DNA of 64,000 bases from Paraspadella gotoi (taxonomy: Eukaryota; Animalia; Chaetognatha): the NCBI GenBank assembly GCA_051294375.1, contig CM119269.1:13424790-13488789 (forward strand), given 5' to 3'. Of the stretch, positions 44,640 through 57,320 are shown piece after piece; the stretch's first letter is position 1, and every line of letters begins with the position of its first letter. The notes below the pieces were generated by a model, which worked only from the letters and a program-made list of their open reading frames with translations, did not search any database and was not told where the DNA came from. The position numbers and the translations under genes were made by a program.

Positions 44640-47600
44640 ACCTCAAAAAGTCCGATTCCCTTGTGAAGAACGAAAACTCCGACGTCCGCGTTGTCGTGAA
44701 TTCGATTACGAAGGAACTGACCCTGACCTAATAGAGAAAGATGGGAAGTCGAGAGAAAATTCAAACTGACCACTTTGACTCGAACTCCGCCCGAACTTAC
44801 CCTGTCTATAGACGATGACTCCCGACGCTTGGGCGCCGTAGATCTCGTTGTCTATGAAGACCGGATTCCCTTCGTTCTTGACTTCGACTCCGGTGACGCG
44901 GTTGTCGAAGATTTTGTTGAGTTCGAAATAACCCACGGCCTCTTCGGAGATGAGGATGCCGCCCTGGGTAAGTAAGATGGGTGAGGAAAGAGGTGAGGAA
45001 GAGTGGAAGACTGTGAGAGAACAAGGAACGTTTAATTCAAGGTGTAGTGACTGATCATTTGTTTTCTACAAGCCTCAATTCGAGCCTCATTTGCATACAG
45101 TATTGTTTCTAATAAGTAAGAAAATAATCATTGGTTATTCTGCTCCGTGTTATCAAGTTCTTACTTTAGTAAAAACTATATTAAAAAACCGAGAACATTT
45201 CCTGGTACAGTTTGGAACATCTATTAAGTATTGTATTAAGTATCGTATTGCTTTATGCGAATTTAAACTTAAGATGGACAGACAGACTCTTAGACAGACC
45301 GACTAATACATTTGCTCGGCGATCATTAACTAAACAATTAAACATATTACCTAAAATCTGCTTTATTGAAGGCGTGTGCTAGTTTAAAACGTTATGAGAA
45401 GAATAAAAACGTTAACAAGTTATTGATAACCTTGACTTTTCCGCCAATTTCCAAATAATCACATTATCTAAGCTTTCGTATTTTTAATTTTTTCTTTGTT
45501 CGCAAACCTGCTTATTGTAGAAAATGTCGTTGGAACGAACTATGGGGTCGCTGTTGAACTTGCAATAGATCCCCAACCCGTTGTTGCTAAATCTGGGTAA
45601 AACGGTGGGGGGGGAAGGAAATTACAATTCACAATAATACGCTTTTTAGTATTGACATTATTTATATAATCGTATTCCAGTAATCTAAACCTGTTGTTGG
45701 TGTAGATGCCCTTCGCTCGGTTCGTGATGTAGAGGCCGACGTTTTTGCCGAAAGAAAAATCGCAATTACGAATCGTTGGGTCAGCGTTTTCGCCGGACAC
45801 GTGGCAGATGGCGCCGTAAGACGAAATGCTGCGGACTCTGGCGGGCGACAACAAAAAAATATTAAAAAAAAAAATAATAATAGTATCTTATGGCAACAGC
45901 CGGGTTGCCTGTGATGCCCATTGGGATGGGGTATCTCACTGTTGGCGCGGTTACCCTAGGACGGTCTCGCTTTGCCAACGAAGAGGGAAGTCGTTAGGAC
46001 TGTTGATGGAACACAACGCCTGGGATGGTGTGTTCCCCCTCTGATCGTGGACGTGAGGTGGTGTGAATATACCACCACAATCTTTCGATTTTAAAATCTA
46101 AAACAAAATATTTTGAAATTTATACAATCAATGTACAAAATGTAAAATTTTTAAAATGATCTAATAAACAATATTTCTTACTTTGAACTCTTTTAAAAGT
46201 GATCACCGATCTTTTCGTTTTCAACGAATAACCTGCAATACTCGATGAAAGGAGCGCAGTCTCCCGTGATAAGTATTGCCCAGTGACGCGGTTGTGGCTC
46301 CGTGAACTCTTCAGGTAAAAATCGGACGGTCAGATAACTGAATGAAGTTGCGTATGAAGAATTATTATTATGGTGATCGAAGAAAACCCTATTAATTTAA
46401 CCATTAGAATAATTGCAGTAGCCAGCAAATAAAAAAAAATATAATAAGCAAGTGACTTATCATACTTTTATATTAACTTTTAAAAAAAACAACGTTTTCA
46501 CTCACAAAATACCATTCGAATTTATACAATAATAATTAATCACTAAATGTTATCTTAAATTTGACTCTCAAAATAACATGGTTCCTTGTATGCGATTTAC
46601 TTCTATTCGCAAAGCCACTAACCATTAATCAATCTTGAATTCAATTATTTTTACAATAACTTTATTCGAAATGAAATATTCCTTACCCCAAATAGCTGTC
46701 GGCCGACTTTTCCAAAAACCTGACGGTGCATTGGGACCTTGACTCAAGCACCACTTGATCCCGGATTCGCTCGGGGGTCTCGCCGGTTGCCGCCCCTACG
46801 ATCGTCAGGTCGCAGACGATGTCGGGCAGGTCCTCGGCGTACTTGCCCGCGTGGACAAAAATAAGTGGCACCTTAGCTCCCTTTTATCGGGCAGAGGAGA
46901 GGGCAATGGGTCGGGCGAAGGAAAAGTTAATGTCATTATCTAAAATAAATGCGGTTTAAATTTAGTTGACCTTTCTGCCGCGAAAAATATCACAAAGACA
47001 AGCATCTTTGTTGTGATTAATCTTCACTTCTCCCAAACATGGCATTCCCGAACAGAGAGAGAGAGATTCATGCTTTATTTTCGAGAACCGTCCGGTTATA
47101 ATCGGACTCCCAAAGCGAAACGAGAGAAAAATGACGAACACTAGAATAGAGTCAATAGACGATTTCAGGTTTGATTCTAAGAAAATGATGAAATCGGTGC
47201 TTACCAAACGAGGGAGAAAAAAAGCGAAAAGAGGTCTTTGAAAATAAAATGATCTTTTGCTTCGAGCAAAGAATAAATTGTAATATATTATATTAAGTCA
47301 ACTTACAGTCTTAAGTAATTGTAATTTCGGGAAAATACTAGTTTCCTTTCTTTGTTTCATCGTTTTATTATTATCATCGCTTAACTTTTGGCTCTCTCTT
47401 TTCTCTGTTCCTTTCTCACGAATTAAATTGTAACCTAAATATTTAACCCTAACCCTTATCTCAAACCCTAACCTAATCTTAAACCCTAAACTTATCCCTA
47501 ACTTGTAACTCTAAACTCTAAACTCTAAACCCTTGTCTCTAACCATAATTACTAACCTAATACCTAACCTAATGCTGTAACTTAATCTTTAATTCAAAAA

Positions 47601-48198
47601 ATAAGATAAAATGAAGCGTTGTCGGAAAATAAGGTCAAAATGTCATTTTCAACATTGAAAACTCTTGTCATTGTCATTTGTCATTCTTTCCCACATTCGT
47701 CATTTTCATTTTACCTTGGACCGAGAGAGAATGCTGACGTAGCGCCGCCACGTGCCTTGAATGGATTCAATGGCGCCGGACAGCGTCTCGAAATGCGTCA
47801 ACTTCCGGCCGGGTCTTTTGACCACCGACGCCGGTGGAGGGATTTCCGTGGCGCCGCCGACGCTCGTGGCGCCCAAAATGACGCCGTCGCTCTTGGCGTT
47901 GCGCGGCTCGAAGGAGGTGAGAGATCTAGAAAATATAACAAATATTTTCATAAAACATAACATAAAACAAGTAATCTTGTAATTTTTCATTTATGTATTA
48001 ATATTCCAATTTACATTGTATAATGTCTTATATGTATTAAATGTATAATATATATTGATATTGGTAGTATCAATGTCATAAATAAAATTAAAAAACCTAA
48101 ATCAAACATGACATTCGATAAAAAGGAAAAACGGTAAAGACAAAATGGTATTTATGGAATAAATACTTAGAATATCTCTTTCTCTCCAGCTTCTGTCC

Positions 48199-48261
<63 letters not shown>

Positions 48262-51200
48262 CACTCATCGTCTCGCTCTCCGGTTTGACAAGATTCTCCC
48301 CTTAAGTAACAGGATCCCGACTTCTCTTTCGATTCAGAATTTACAGCCTCCGCTATTTCAGATTTCTTCGCAACAATGACCCACGAAAACAACGCGTCGA
48401 TCTTCTTCGGCCAATTTTGCGGAAATTCTCCCTTCTACGACCCGTATGTAACTTGGAAGACGCCGAACCCGGATTTAACTCTCTGCCTATTGGACACGGT
48501 GCCCTCTTGGCTTCCTTCCCTCTTCCTCATCGTCTTCGTACTCCTCCGTTACGGAGTCTTGACTCAAAAAGGAACCACGCGATCGAAAGAGGACGATGAC
48601 CCATTTTGGATCCACCGAGCGGCCAAGCAGTTGGTCGCCCTCGTCGCCATCGCCATCACCGTCGCCGAGTTGGCGCTCGTCGTGGAGGCCGATTCCGGCG
48701 TCGCGTCGTTCTACGAATCCTTGGCGCCCATCGTCGATCGCGCTATGCTCGTCGCCTGTTTCGTCGTCGTCATCGTCTTGACGAGACTTTCCAAATTCGA
48801 CGACACCGTCGCTTCGTCCTCCATCGTCTTCTTCTTCTGGCTGCTACACTTTCCCTGTCATCTGCTCAAGCTGCAGCACTATGCTCGAGCGGCGTCGGCC
48901 GGCGTCGCCTTCGACCACGAGCCGCTGGAAAAGCAACTCCTCGTGACGGTGTCACTGATGGCCGTGGCGTCGTTGGCGTCGCTGGTGCTGAACGGCGTTG
49001 AGAGCGGAAAGCGCCTCGAATCGCCGTTGGATTCTGCGACCTTGTTGTCACGCTGGACGTTCTTCTGGATGATGCCGTTGCTGTGGAAGGGCTTTTGGAA
49101 CCCTCTGACTCTCGACAATTTGGATCCTCTGCCAAAGAAGATGAAGATAGAGAATCTGATTAGACGATTTTATGGAAAGTTCAATAAGGCCGGTAGGAGT
49201 CGCCTCCTATCGGTGGAAAATTCAGAAAAATCCAAAGTGGAAATGACCAATGAAGGAATCGAATATCCCTTTAATCGACCAAAACTTCCGTCTGTTCTCA
49301 AAATCCTTCCTTGGTGCCACATTCATTCGCTATTGTTCCTCGCTTTCTTGAGGATCTGGTTCATTCTTTTAGACTTAGCCAAGTCCATCTGTCTTGGTTG
49401 GTTGATACATCACATGGCCGAACGACCGACGGGAGGTTTTCCGGACGAGGCGCTTGAAAAAGAGTGGCGCTGGAAGGGTCCATTCTATGCCGTTCTCCTC
49501 TTTGCTGTTTCCATCCTCCAACCCTACTGCCACAACTTCTTCTGGTTTTATACTCACCGATTGGGTTTGAAGGTCCAAAACGCTCTCACCGTCGCCATCT
49601 TTGACAAGAGTCTCCGCGTGACGGCTGGCGCACGACAAACGACGACCGTCGGCGAGATCGTCAACCTCATGAGCGTCGATGCCCGGAAATTCTACGAGGC
49701 GCTTCAACTCTTCATGATTGGACTCCTCATTCCGATTCACATCCTCCTCGCCATGTGGATCCTCTATGAGCAAATCGGGAACGCCTCCTTAGCTGGCATT
49801 GCCTGTTTGGTCGCGCTGACTCCAGTAAACGTCCTCATTGGCTACAAAACGAAAAAACTACAAGAACAACATATGAAATTTAAGGACACCAGAGTTAAGA
49901 AGATGAACGAGATTCTGAACAGCATCAAGGTTTTAAAGTTTTATGCCTGGGAAGAATCTTTCCTCAACCAAATAGACCAAGTACGTCAAAAGGAAATGAG
50001 CATTTTTCGAGTTCAACTTTTGTGGAAGGCTCTCGCAAAATTTATAACCTTTGCAGCCCCGATTTTCGTGACAATAGTATGTTTTTCCGTTTTTGTCCTC
50101 ACGTCGGATGAGAGTTTGACTGCAGAAAGAGCGTTCATGTCTTTGTCCATTCTCAACAGCATCAGGGTTTCTTTGTGGCTCTTTCCAACTAGTCTCATTC
50201 TGAATGTTCACATGTTTGTCTCTGGCAAACGAATTGACGCGTTTTTTACAAGAGAGGAAATTGATTCAGACGCGATAAGTAACGAAAACATGGAAGGCAT
50301 GTCCGTCAGCGTAAACGATGCCTCATTCTCATGGATCAGAGAGGAACCACCGTTTCTCGAAGACTTGACCTTCGAAGTAAGAGCGGGAGAAATGTTGGCC
50401 ATTGTTGGCAACGTCGGTGCTGGGAAATCCGCTTTGCTCAAAGCTATTCTCGGGGAAATGAACAAAATCAAGGGAATCGTCGTCATCCCTGAAAAAGTCG
50501 CATATGTGTCTCAACTACCGTGGATTTTAAACGGAACCGTCAAAGAAAACATCCTTTTTGGAAAAAACATGAATCATACGCGGTACCGTTCCATCATTTC
50601 TGCCTGCGCGTTGGAGCCGGATTTGGAGATCTTCCCGGCCGGAGATGAAACGGAGATAGGCGAAAGAGGAATTAATCTGTCTGGTGGACAAAAACTAAGA
50701 ATCTCACTCGCCAGAGCCATCTATGCAGACTTGGATCTCTATCTCTTGGACGATCCATTGTCCGCCGTAGATTCCCACGTCGGTAAACGAATCTTTGATA
50801 AAGTTCTTTCATCCAAAGGACTTCTTGGTAGAAAGAGTCGAATAATCGTTACCAACGTTTTGACTTATCTTTCTGCGATGGACAACATCATATGTCTCAG
50901 CCAAGGCAGCATATCAGAAAGTGGCAGCTTCGATCGATTGATGAATAAGGAAGGCGCTTTTTCTAAATTTATAAAGAGCTTTAAAAACTCTGTCAAAGAA
51001 AAGTCGGAAGTGGATGACTTGAGGAAAAGAAAACAAAGCATTATCCCCGAAAAAAAACCGTTAGACAATGACAACAGTGGCAAGTTAATCACGGTCGAGC
51101 AAGTTAAGCATGGCAGGGTTAGCGCTCGGATGTATCTCACTTACCTAAAAGCTACAGGATGGGTGATTGCAAGCGTAATAGTTTCATCCTTCATAGTTTC

Positions 51201-54200
51201 CCAGGGCTTTGTAATGGGCACTAACTTCGTTCTCTCGGATTGGGTGGATGAAATTCAAAATATCACAATGACTCCGCGGTTCATATGAATAAATTGATTA
51301 TATCTATTTGATTTATTTATATATTTAAAATAAACATAATTTTATATATATAATTTATAATATATAATTACAGAGTTATTGTGTAATCCTTTCTAACGCT
51401 GATGAAGACTCGAAATGAAGAGTCGAAACATGTCCGTATATTATTAAATGAAAAATCGTAGACGAAAATATTTCCAAACTTTGTTTAAATTACAGAGTTT
51501 AAAATTTTAGAAAGTATTAAATATGAAAGACAAACAAATAAAGCAATGCCTGCTTTCACCAATTTCATGAACATTTATATTTAAGCATTTATACATAATT
51601 TCTTAGTAAACTTTTTAAATGATATAGCATTCTTTTAAAATACAATTTATATGATTCGCGGTGTAGAAATCCTAACTCGACCATCGAAGCCAACGTCAAC
51701 TCTCACTACATCGTGATCTACATCATTATCGGAATCTGTTCCGCGATCGCCCTCTTCGTTGCTTCTGTCGTTCACGTCTTCGGCACCATCGCTGCATCCA
51801 AACGCCTGCACAATAACTTGGCCACCCGCGTTCTTGCCTGCCCCATGTCGTTCTTCGATGTGACGCCGCTGGGTCGTATCATGAATCGCTTCTCCGTCGA
51901 CATAGACATTATTGATGAGAAAATCCCCAATGAACTCGGATTCGCTTACAGCATCTTATTTTCAGTCATTGGATCCCTGATTGTGATATCCGTGGTCAAA
52001 CCGTGGTTCCTTATCCTCATTCCTTTACTCTTGGCAGGGTTTGTAGCCATCCAACGCGTCTACATCCGCTCAGCTCGACAACTTCGTCGTTTGGAATCCA
52101 CTTCGCGTTCGCCGATTTTCTCCCTTTTTGGCGAGTCGTTGCAAGGCATGTCGGTCCTCAGGGCGTTCAGGATGCAAGAACACTTCAAAAACCGGATTCG
52201 TTCTCAGGTCGCAGAAAACATGAGGTCCGCTTTCTATATGTGGACTTTGGATGAAACATTGTCCTTCATTTTGGAAAAGTTTTCATCCATCGTCGTTCTC
52301 TTCTGCGCTCTCTACTCGATCTTAGAAGAGTCCACAACGGTAGGGGAAGCGGGTCTCACAATAACCTCCGCCATCGCCGTTGTTCACATCATTATTTACT
52401 GCATTCGCATGCTTTCTAACATGGAAAACAGCTTCGTCGCCGTCGAGAGAGTAAGGGAGTACTCGACCATGCTCAGTGAAGCACCATGGCGCAATCAAGG
52501 TTCCGATTCCCTTGCAGTAGATTGGCCAGATTCCGGCGACCTGGTCTTTCACAACTACAGCACAAGGTACAGGGAAAATTTGGATTCGGTATTGAAGAAC
52601 CTCAACTTCCGCGTAACGGGAGGACAACGCGTGGGGATCGTCGGAAGAACTGGCGCCGGAAAGTCGAGCCTCACTCTAGCGCTATTTCGCATCATCGAGC
52701 CAACCTCTGGCAGCATCTTCATCGACGGGATAGAAACTAAGGATCTCGGTCTTCACGACTTGAGATCCAAAATCTCCATCATTCCCCAAGAACCAGTAAT
52801 TTTTTCCGGAAGCCTCCGAATGAACATTGACCCTTTTGGTCGTCACAACGACGAAGAACTTTGGCGAATCTTGAGCCTCGCGCACTTGAGTGATTTCGTC
52901 TCGTCTCTCCCGGAAGGGCTCGACCACGAGTGCGTCGAGGCGGGGGAGAACCTCTCCGTCGGGCAGCGTCAACTCGTTTGTCTCGCGAGGGCGTTGCTGA
53001 GGAACTCCAAGATCCTCGTCCTCGACGAAGCCACCGCCGCCGTCGACTTGAGGACGGACGCATTGATCCAGAAGACGATTCGGGAAGAGTTCGTAGGGGC
53101 CACCATTTTGACCATCGCGCATCGAATCAACACCATCATCGACTACGACAAAGTTATGGTCTTGAATCGCGGCGAAATTGTAGAGTTCGATGACCCCAAG
53201 ACTCTGATGCAGGACAAAAGGTCCCAATTTTATGGATTGGCTAAGGACGCCGGCCTCGTTTAGTTTTAAAGCATTTTGACCCTAAGGGAGATAGACTGTC
53301 GATGTCTCTTTAATCGTCCGCTCAGTTATAACTTATTGGGAAAATTAATTGTCACGGTTTTGGTGAAAGTTCAATGATAACCTTTAATGTTAAACCAGAT
53401 TCATTATGGAGAGTTAATCTAGTAATGACTAATAAATAATGACTAATGAAAATTATAACCAAATTCTAATATTATAATATTATAATATTATAATACTGTT
53501 TTTAAGAAATCAAAAGGTTTACCCACTTTTACCTAGACCCCAAACTCCCACGCGGCGTCGGCGGCGCCGCTATCTCGGCCGGCGGCGCCGTCTCTCTCGT
53601 CACTGGCGCCGGTTTGTCCCGGTACACGTGGGCGTGGCCGGGTCGAACGTGCAGTCCTCGGTACAGCGAGCGGAACGACTCGCGCCAGGGATTTACGGCG
53701 CCGGGATTAGCGGAGTCGGCGTCGCCAAAGACGAACCGGCGTTCTTCATCGACGAACGTCAGTGGACGATCGTATTCAAAGATCTCGACGAAGAGACGAC
53801 GCCAGAGTTCGCGATCGTCGCAGATTCGACGGAGGCGGACGCACGTCTGATTGCGGGGGAGGGTAGTGGCGGGAGGGAGTATCAAGAGGTGGTTATGGGT
53901 AATTCTAATAAAAAAGATATGAATTTATTTTTTAAATTGTTTTATCTCGTTTCTAGTTTATTCTTTCACTCTTTTACTCACTCACTCACTTAATTACTCA
54001 TTCATTCACTCACTCACTCATCCACTTTCTCATTTACTCACTCACTCTCGCAATCACTCACGCACACACGCCCACCCACTCACCTGCGCCAATCTACACA
54101 CGTCGAGTTCATAGAGAAAATCTACGACGGCGAAGATAATTTCTTCCGGCAAATCGAGGAGATGAGGACCGGAAGGCGAGACGTTGGTGCCGGAAGATGG

Positions 54201-54353
54201 CATCTCGGTGCCGGTATTCGTTAAGTTGGTCAGTTCGGACGGGACCCGTTCAGCATTTTGATATGACGAGTTCGTTAAGGGACCGAACGTCGGCTTTGTG
54301 AAGTCAGCGGAAACGCTGGATCCATTTCTATCGGAGAAAATGTCTCGGCTCAT
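43041..54353 (-). CDS. FBXO11: FBXO11-like F-box protein with CASH/parallel beta-helix repeats (about 15 exons)
   Basis: F-box LLDLPEEIIFAVVDFLYELDVCRLAQ (exon 54353-54083). DRELWRRLFVEIFEYDRP...NPWRESFRSLYRGLHVRPG (~53847-53532) matches the FBXO11 post-F-box region. Then 47926-47714, 46873-46687 (LIFVHAGKY) and N-x-I repeat exons to the stop at 43041. Confidence 0.85.
47425..47585. repeat. Degenerate (CCCTAA)-like tract
   Basis: taaccctaaccc...aaaccctaacctaa...ctaacctaatacctaacc. Confidence 0.5.
48376..53263 (+). CDS. ABCC1: ABCC/MRP1-like long-form ABC transporter, 2 exons (48376-51278, 51667-53263), ~1499 aa
   Basis: TMD0 N-terminus FCGNSPFYDPYVTWKTPNPDLTLC. NBD1 GNVGAGKS / LSGGQ / YLLDD (degenerate Walker B typical of ABCC). 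NBD2 GRTGAGKS / LSVGQ / LVLDE. A phase-2 GT-AG intron at 51279-51666 joins the two ORFs in frame. Exact orthology is uncertain. Confidence 0.92.
51378..51487 (+). mobile_element. 110-bp hammerhead-carrying retroelement (retrozyme or Penelope-like fragment) with 12-bp target-site duplication
   Basis: AATTACAGAGTT at 51366-51377 and 51488-51499 flanks the hammerhead-containing segment. Confidence 0.7.
51396..51437 (+). ncRNA. Minimal type I hammerhead ribozyme (Penelope-like element type)
   Basis: ACG-CTGATGA-A-GACTC-gaaatgaa-GAGTC-GAAA-C-AT-GTC-CGT: conserved core, 5-bp stem II, palindromic ACATGT stem III, GUC cleavage triplet ending at 51434, stem I ACG/CGT. Confidence 0.8.
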
Positions 54354-54615
54354 CTTTTTTTGGTCTTTTGTTTTTTTGAGACAGAGCCCACTTTTTTTAT
54401 TGTGGGGAGCAGTTTCAATTCATTTCTTTAACCCTTAAAAGAGGATGAAATTAGGGTGTTTGAAAACATTGTTGAGTAATGCGTGTTTCTAAAAAGCTAA
54501 ATATATTTTGTTTCTGAGCAAAATTTGAGGAAAGACATCGGAAATAATGCTTCAAAATGTGAGTCAAAGTGAGTCAAACGAAGAGAGAATGGTCAAGAGA
54601 AAGCTCGGTCGTTTA

Positions 54616-56162
54616 TCATCTCTTCAATTTCCCCACATCCTTGATCGACGTGCCAAGGATGGCGACTCTGGTTTTTCCCATCGCATCGACGACGAATTCC
54701 ACGAAGATCGAAGCAGCGAATTTGGCCACGTGAGTCATCGTCGTCGCCTGAAGAAAAAAAAAGAGCAAATCAGGATTAAAACATATTAAACCGTTTAAAT
54801 AAACATTCAAATTTAGGTAATACGTGCGTAAGTGGAAATACAACTCTCACGAAAAGGCTATCGTGTATTTGATTTCAAATTATTTAAAATCAAATCGACT
54901 AATTAATTAATTATATTTAAATTTAAAAAAAAACAATTCTCTGCATAGTCTTGTTTGTTTGCTTTACCATTTTCCCCATCACAAAAACAAACAAATGAGG
55001 AATTCTATAAAGATGATTAAAATGATGTTCCAAAACTCGACCTTGAACTTCCGTTCCATGACCCTGACGACGAAGAGGACGCGATCGAGCGCCGGAATGA
55101 CGTCTTCGGCGCCGCCCACCGCCGCCTCCACCCAATCGGCGACGCCGCCCGCCATCGCCCTCAATGACGACGTCTTCAGCCAATCGGCGTGGGCGTCGAC
55201 GAGTCTTCCGCGAACGCCTCCACCGTCAATCTCGCCTCTCGCAGGTGGCGCAGGTTGAGTAGGTTCGACGTTTCCGAGAGGGAGATGCCGTTCAGGTGCA
55301 GAGACTGCGTGATCGTTGGGTTGTACAATGTACATTGTACATTGTACAATAACCGCTTTCAATCATGTCTTTGCTACGATTTTTTTTCCGGAAAAGTTCT
55401 TACAATAACTGAATAATCTTTATTTGGGTATATATTTCAGTTTTTATTTTAAATTTTTAAATAATTTTATTTTATCCCACCTTCCTTAATTCCATAATTT
55501 TCATAATTTCACATGACTTCTTTCAGTTTGTATTAATTCTGTCGGCTTCCGCCCCAGAATCTCGCTGCTTTAGCCATTCTTAGTGGCTGATTCAATCAGA
55601 GCCAGTTAGACCGACTTCGGTGTCCGCGAGTCCAAACGCACTAACGTTTCCCGTTGCCATAGATTCTTTCCTCAAGGTTGGCAGTTTGACATTCCCCACT
55701 TCTCACCTCTAATCTTGGACAAACTTGCGTCAACTCTCTGAACTCGCGTCGGTAACGCGACGAAGAGCGAGACGAGTCGCTTCAGCTGCGCCACCCATTG
55801 GAGACAGCGCTGAACGAAGCCTCGAAACAAAGGCCATCGTGGCTTCCAATTCGAAAGACGTGCAATTCTGAAGGCAAAAAATGTTTTAATGATTATTATT
55901 GCAGCAAACACAATTTCAATCAGGCAATTTCAGTTTATATTTTATTAAGTACATTAATTAAATTGCAGAGTACATGTTAGCGGAGTTATTTTACAAAAGA
56001 TAAGTGTTTTTTTATTATTTATTAATAAAGCGTCATAAAAAATTAAAGTTTTTTAATGGGCTTGTTAAATAAAGTCTGCCACACTTTTCGTAAAGGCTCC
56101 ACAACGCCGCCAACCTCTGAAGGAAAGAGAGAGAGAGAGAGTAGGAGAGAGAGAGAGAAGAG

Positions 56163-56225
<63 letters not shown>

Positions 56226-57320
56226 GAGAAAGAGAGCGAGAAAAGAGAGAGTGAGTCTTCTTACCGGAAAAAACGGTGTCACGGCCAAAGACAAGAAGGA
56301 TTCGGTGACTCCGAAAGGCGACTTGCCGATGCTGACCGTCAGATCGGTGACGCCGGGAGAAGGGGCCGGAAGTCCCGGCGCCGACGCCGCCGACGATGAG
56401 ACGATCGACCTGACCCAGTAATTTCCTTCGCCATAAGAGGTGAGGTCCTCGAAACTCACCCTCAGAATTCCGAGCTTCGAGCAGTTGGGCAAAGTGGAAA
56501 GTAAGTCGTGCCAAGCTTTGCTTGAGGGGCATTCGTATCTAAATAGTCACAAGCGAATCTCATTCAGACCAAAACAAAGAACGTAAGTTTTAAGATGTTG
56601 GCTTGATCATTTGTTTTCCACGAACCTCGATTCTAACCACATTTGCATATTTTTATTCAAAAAAGGTGTATGATTAATAGTCGTTTCTTTTTAGAAAATT
56701 CCGTAACTCCTAAGGTATGAAACATAAGCAGAAGCGTCACCCGTCTATAAAGTATCAATTAAAATACAAACTTAAGTGAGACAGACCGACCGACCGATGT
56801 CTAGACCTGAATTCTACGAGAGATTCCGCGATCGAATTCCCGCCGGAAAGTCTCGTTGCAAAGACTTTGATCATAGCGTCGGCGAGAATCTTCACTTCCG
56901 GTTTGGAGACGCATTGGAGGCTGAGTTCCGTCAGATGAATGCTGCGGGTTCGGAGACCCTGAAAATAGATGAGTCGTTGTTCTGATCCCTTTTGTCGAAG
57001 TTAAAGCTGGTTGTTGTTGTAGAATTAGATAGAGGCTGAAGGATCCCTTTGGAAGCAAACTTGGTAACCGATTGATACTCGCCAGCTGATTCCCTCTAAC
57101 CCTCTCTCTCTCTCTCTCTCTCTACCTCCTCTCAATCTCTCTCTCTCTTCCTCTCCTCTCTTCTCTCCTTCTCTTCTCTCTCTCTCTTTTAATAATGGAT
57201 TAAACTTTTGTCTGCTCCAATGCTGGCATTGAATATTGTCTTCGTCTTTGACGCACCTGATGCAGCGAATGAAGGATGTGTCTGCACGCGGTCGTCGACG
57301 ACTCGATGGAGGTTTGCTTG
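54616..57320 (-). CDS. Multi-exon coding region with LRR-like segments, possibly the 3' part of the F-box/LRR gene
   Basis: GC-rich exons with GT-AG ends: ~56960-56807 (IHLTELSLQC), ~56538-56265 (LPNCSKLGILRV...VTDLTVSI...FFP|gtaag), ~55867-55707, ~55243-55042 and 54747-54616 (stop). The frame is uncertain at some joins. Confidence 0.45.

Larger units (their letters stand above)
32177..47131. repeat. Large inverted duplication: arms 32177-39464 and 39770-47131, spacer containing a 25-N gap
   Basis: The two arms are reverse complements along their length, introns included; ORF-track peptides recur on opposite strands. Confidence 0.95.

Noticed and set aside
47425-47585. Interstitial telomere or chromosome-fusion scar near the inversion end
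   Set aside because: Highly degenerate, in one orientation only, and ~300 bp from the breakpoint.
48376-53263. Horizontal transfer or bacterial contamination explaining the long ORFs
   Set aside because: The TMD0-containing MRP architecture is eukaryotic, and the gene is embedded without gaps in a host intron.
56056-56421. Plus-strand ORF ending ADDETIDLTQ (SIM-like motif)
   Set aside because: It is the antisense of a minus-strand exon with a clear GTAAG donor and partly consists of microsatellite.
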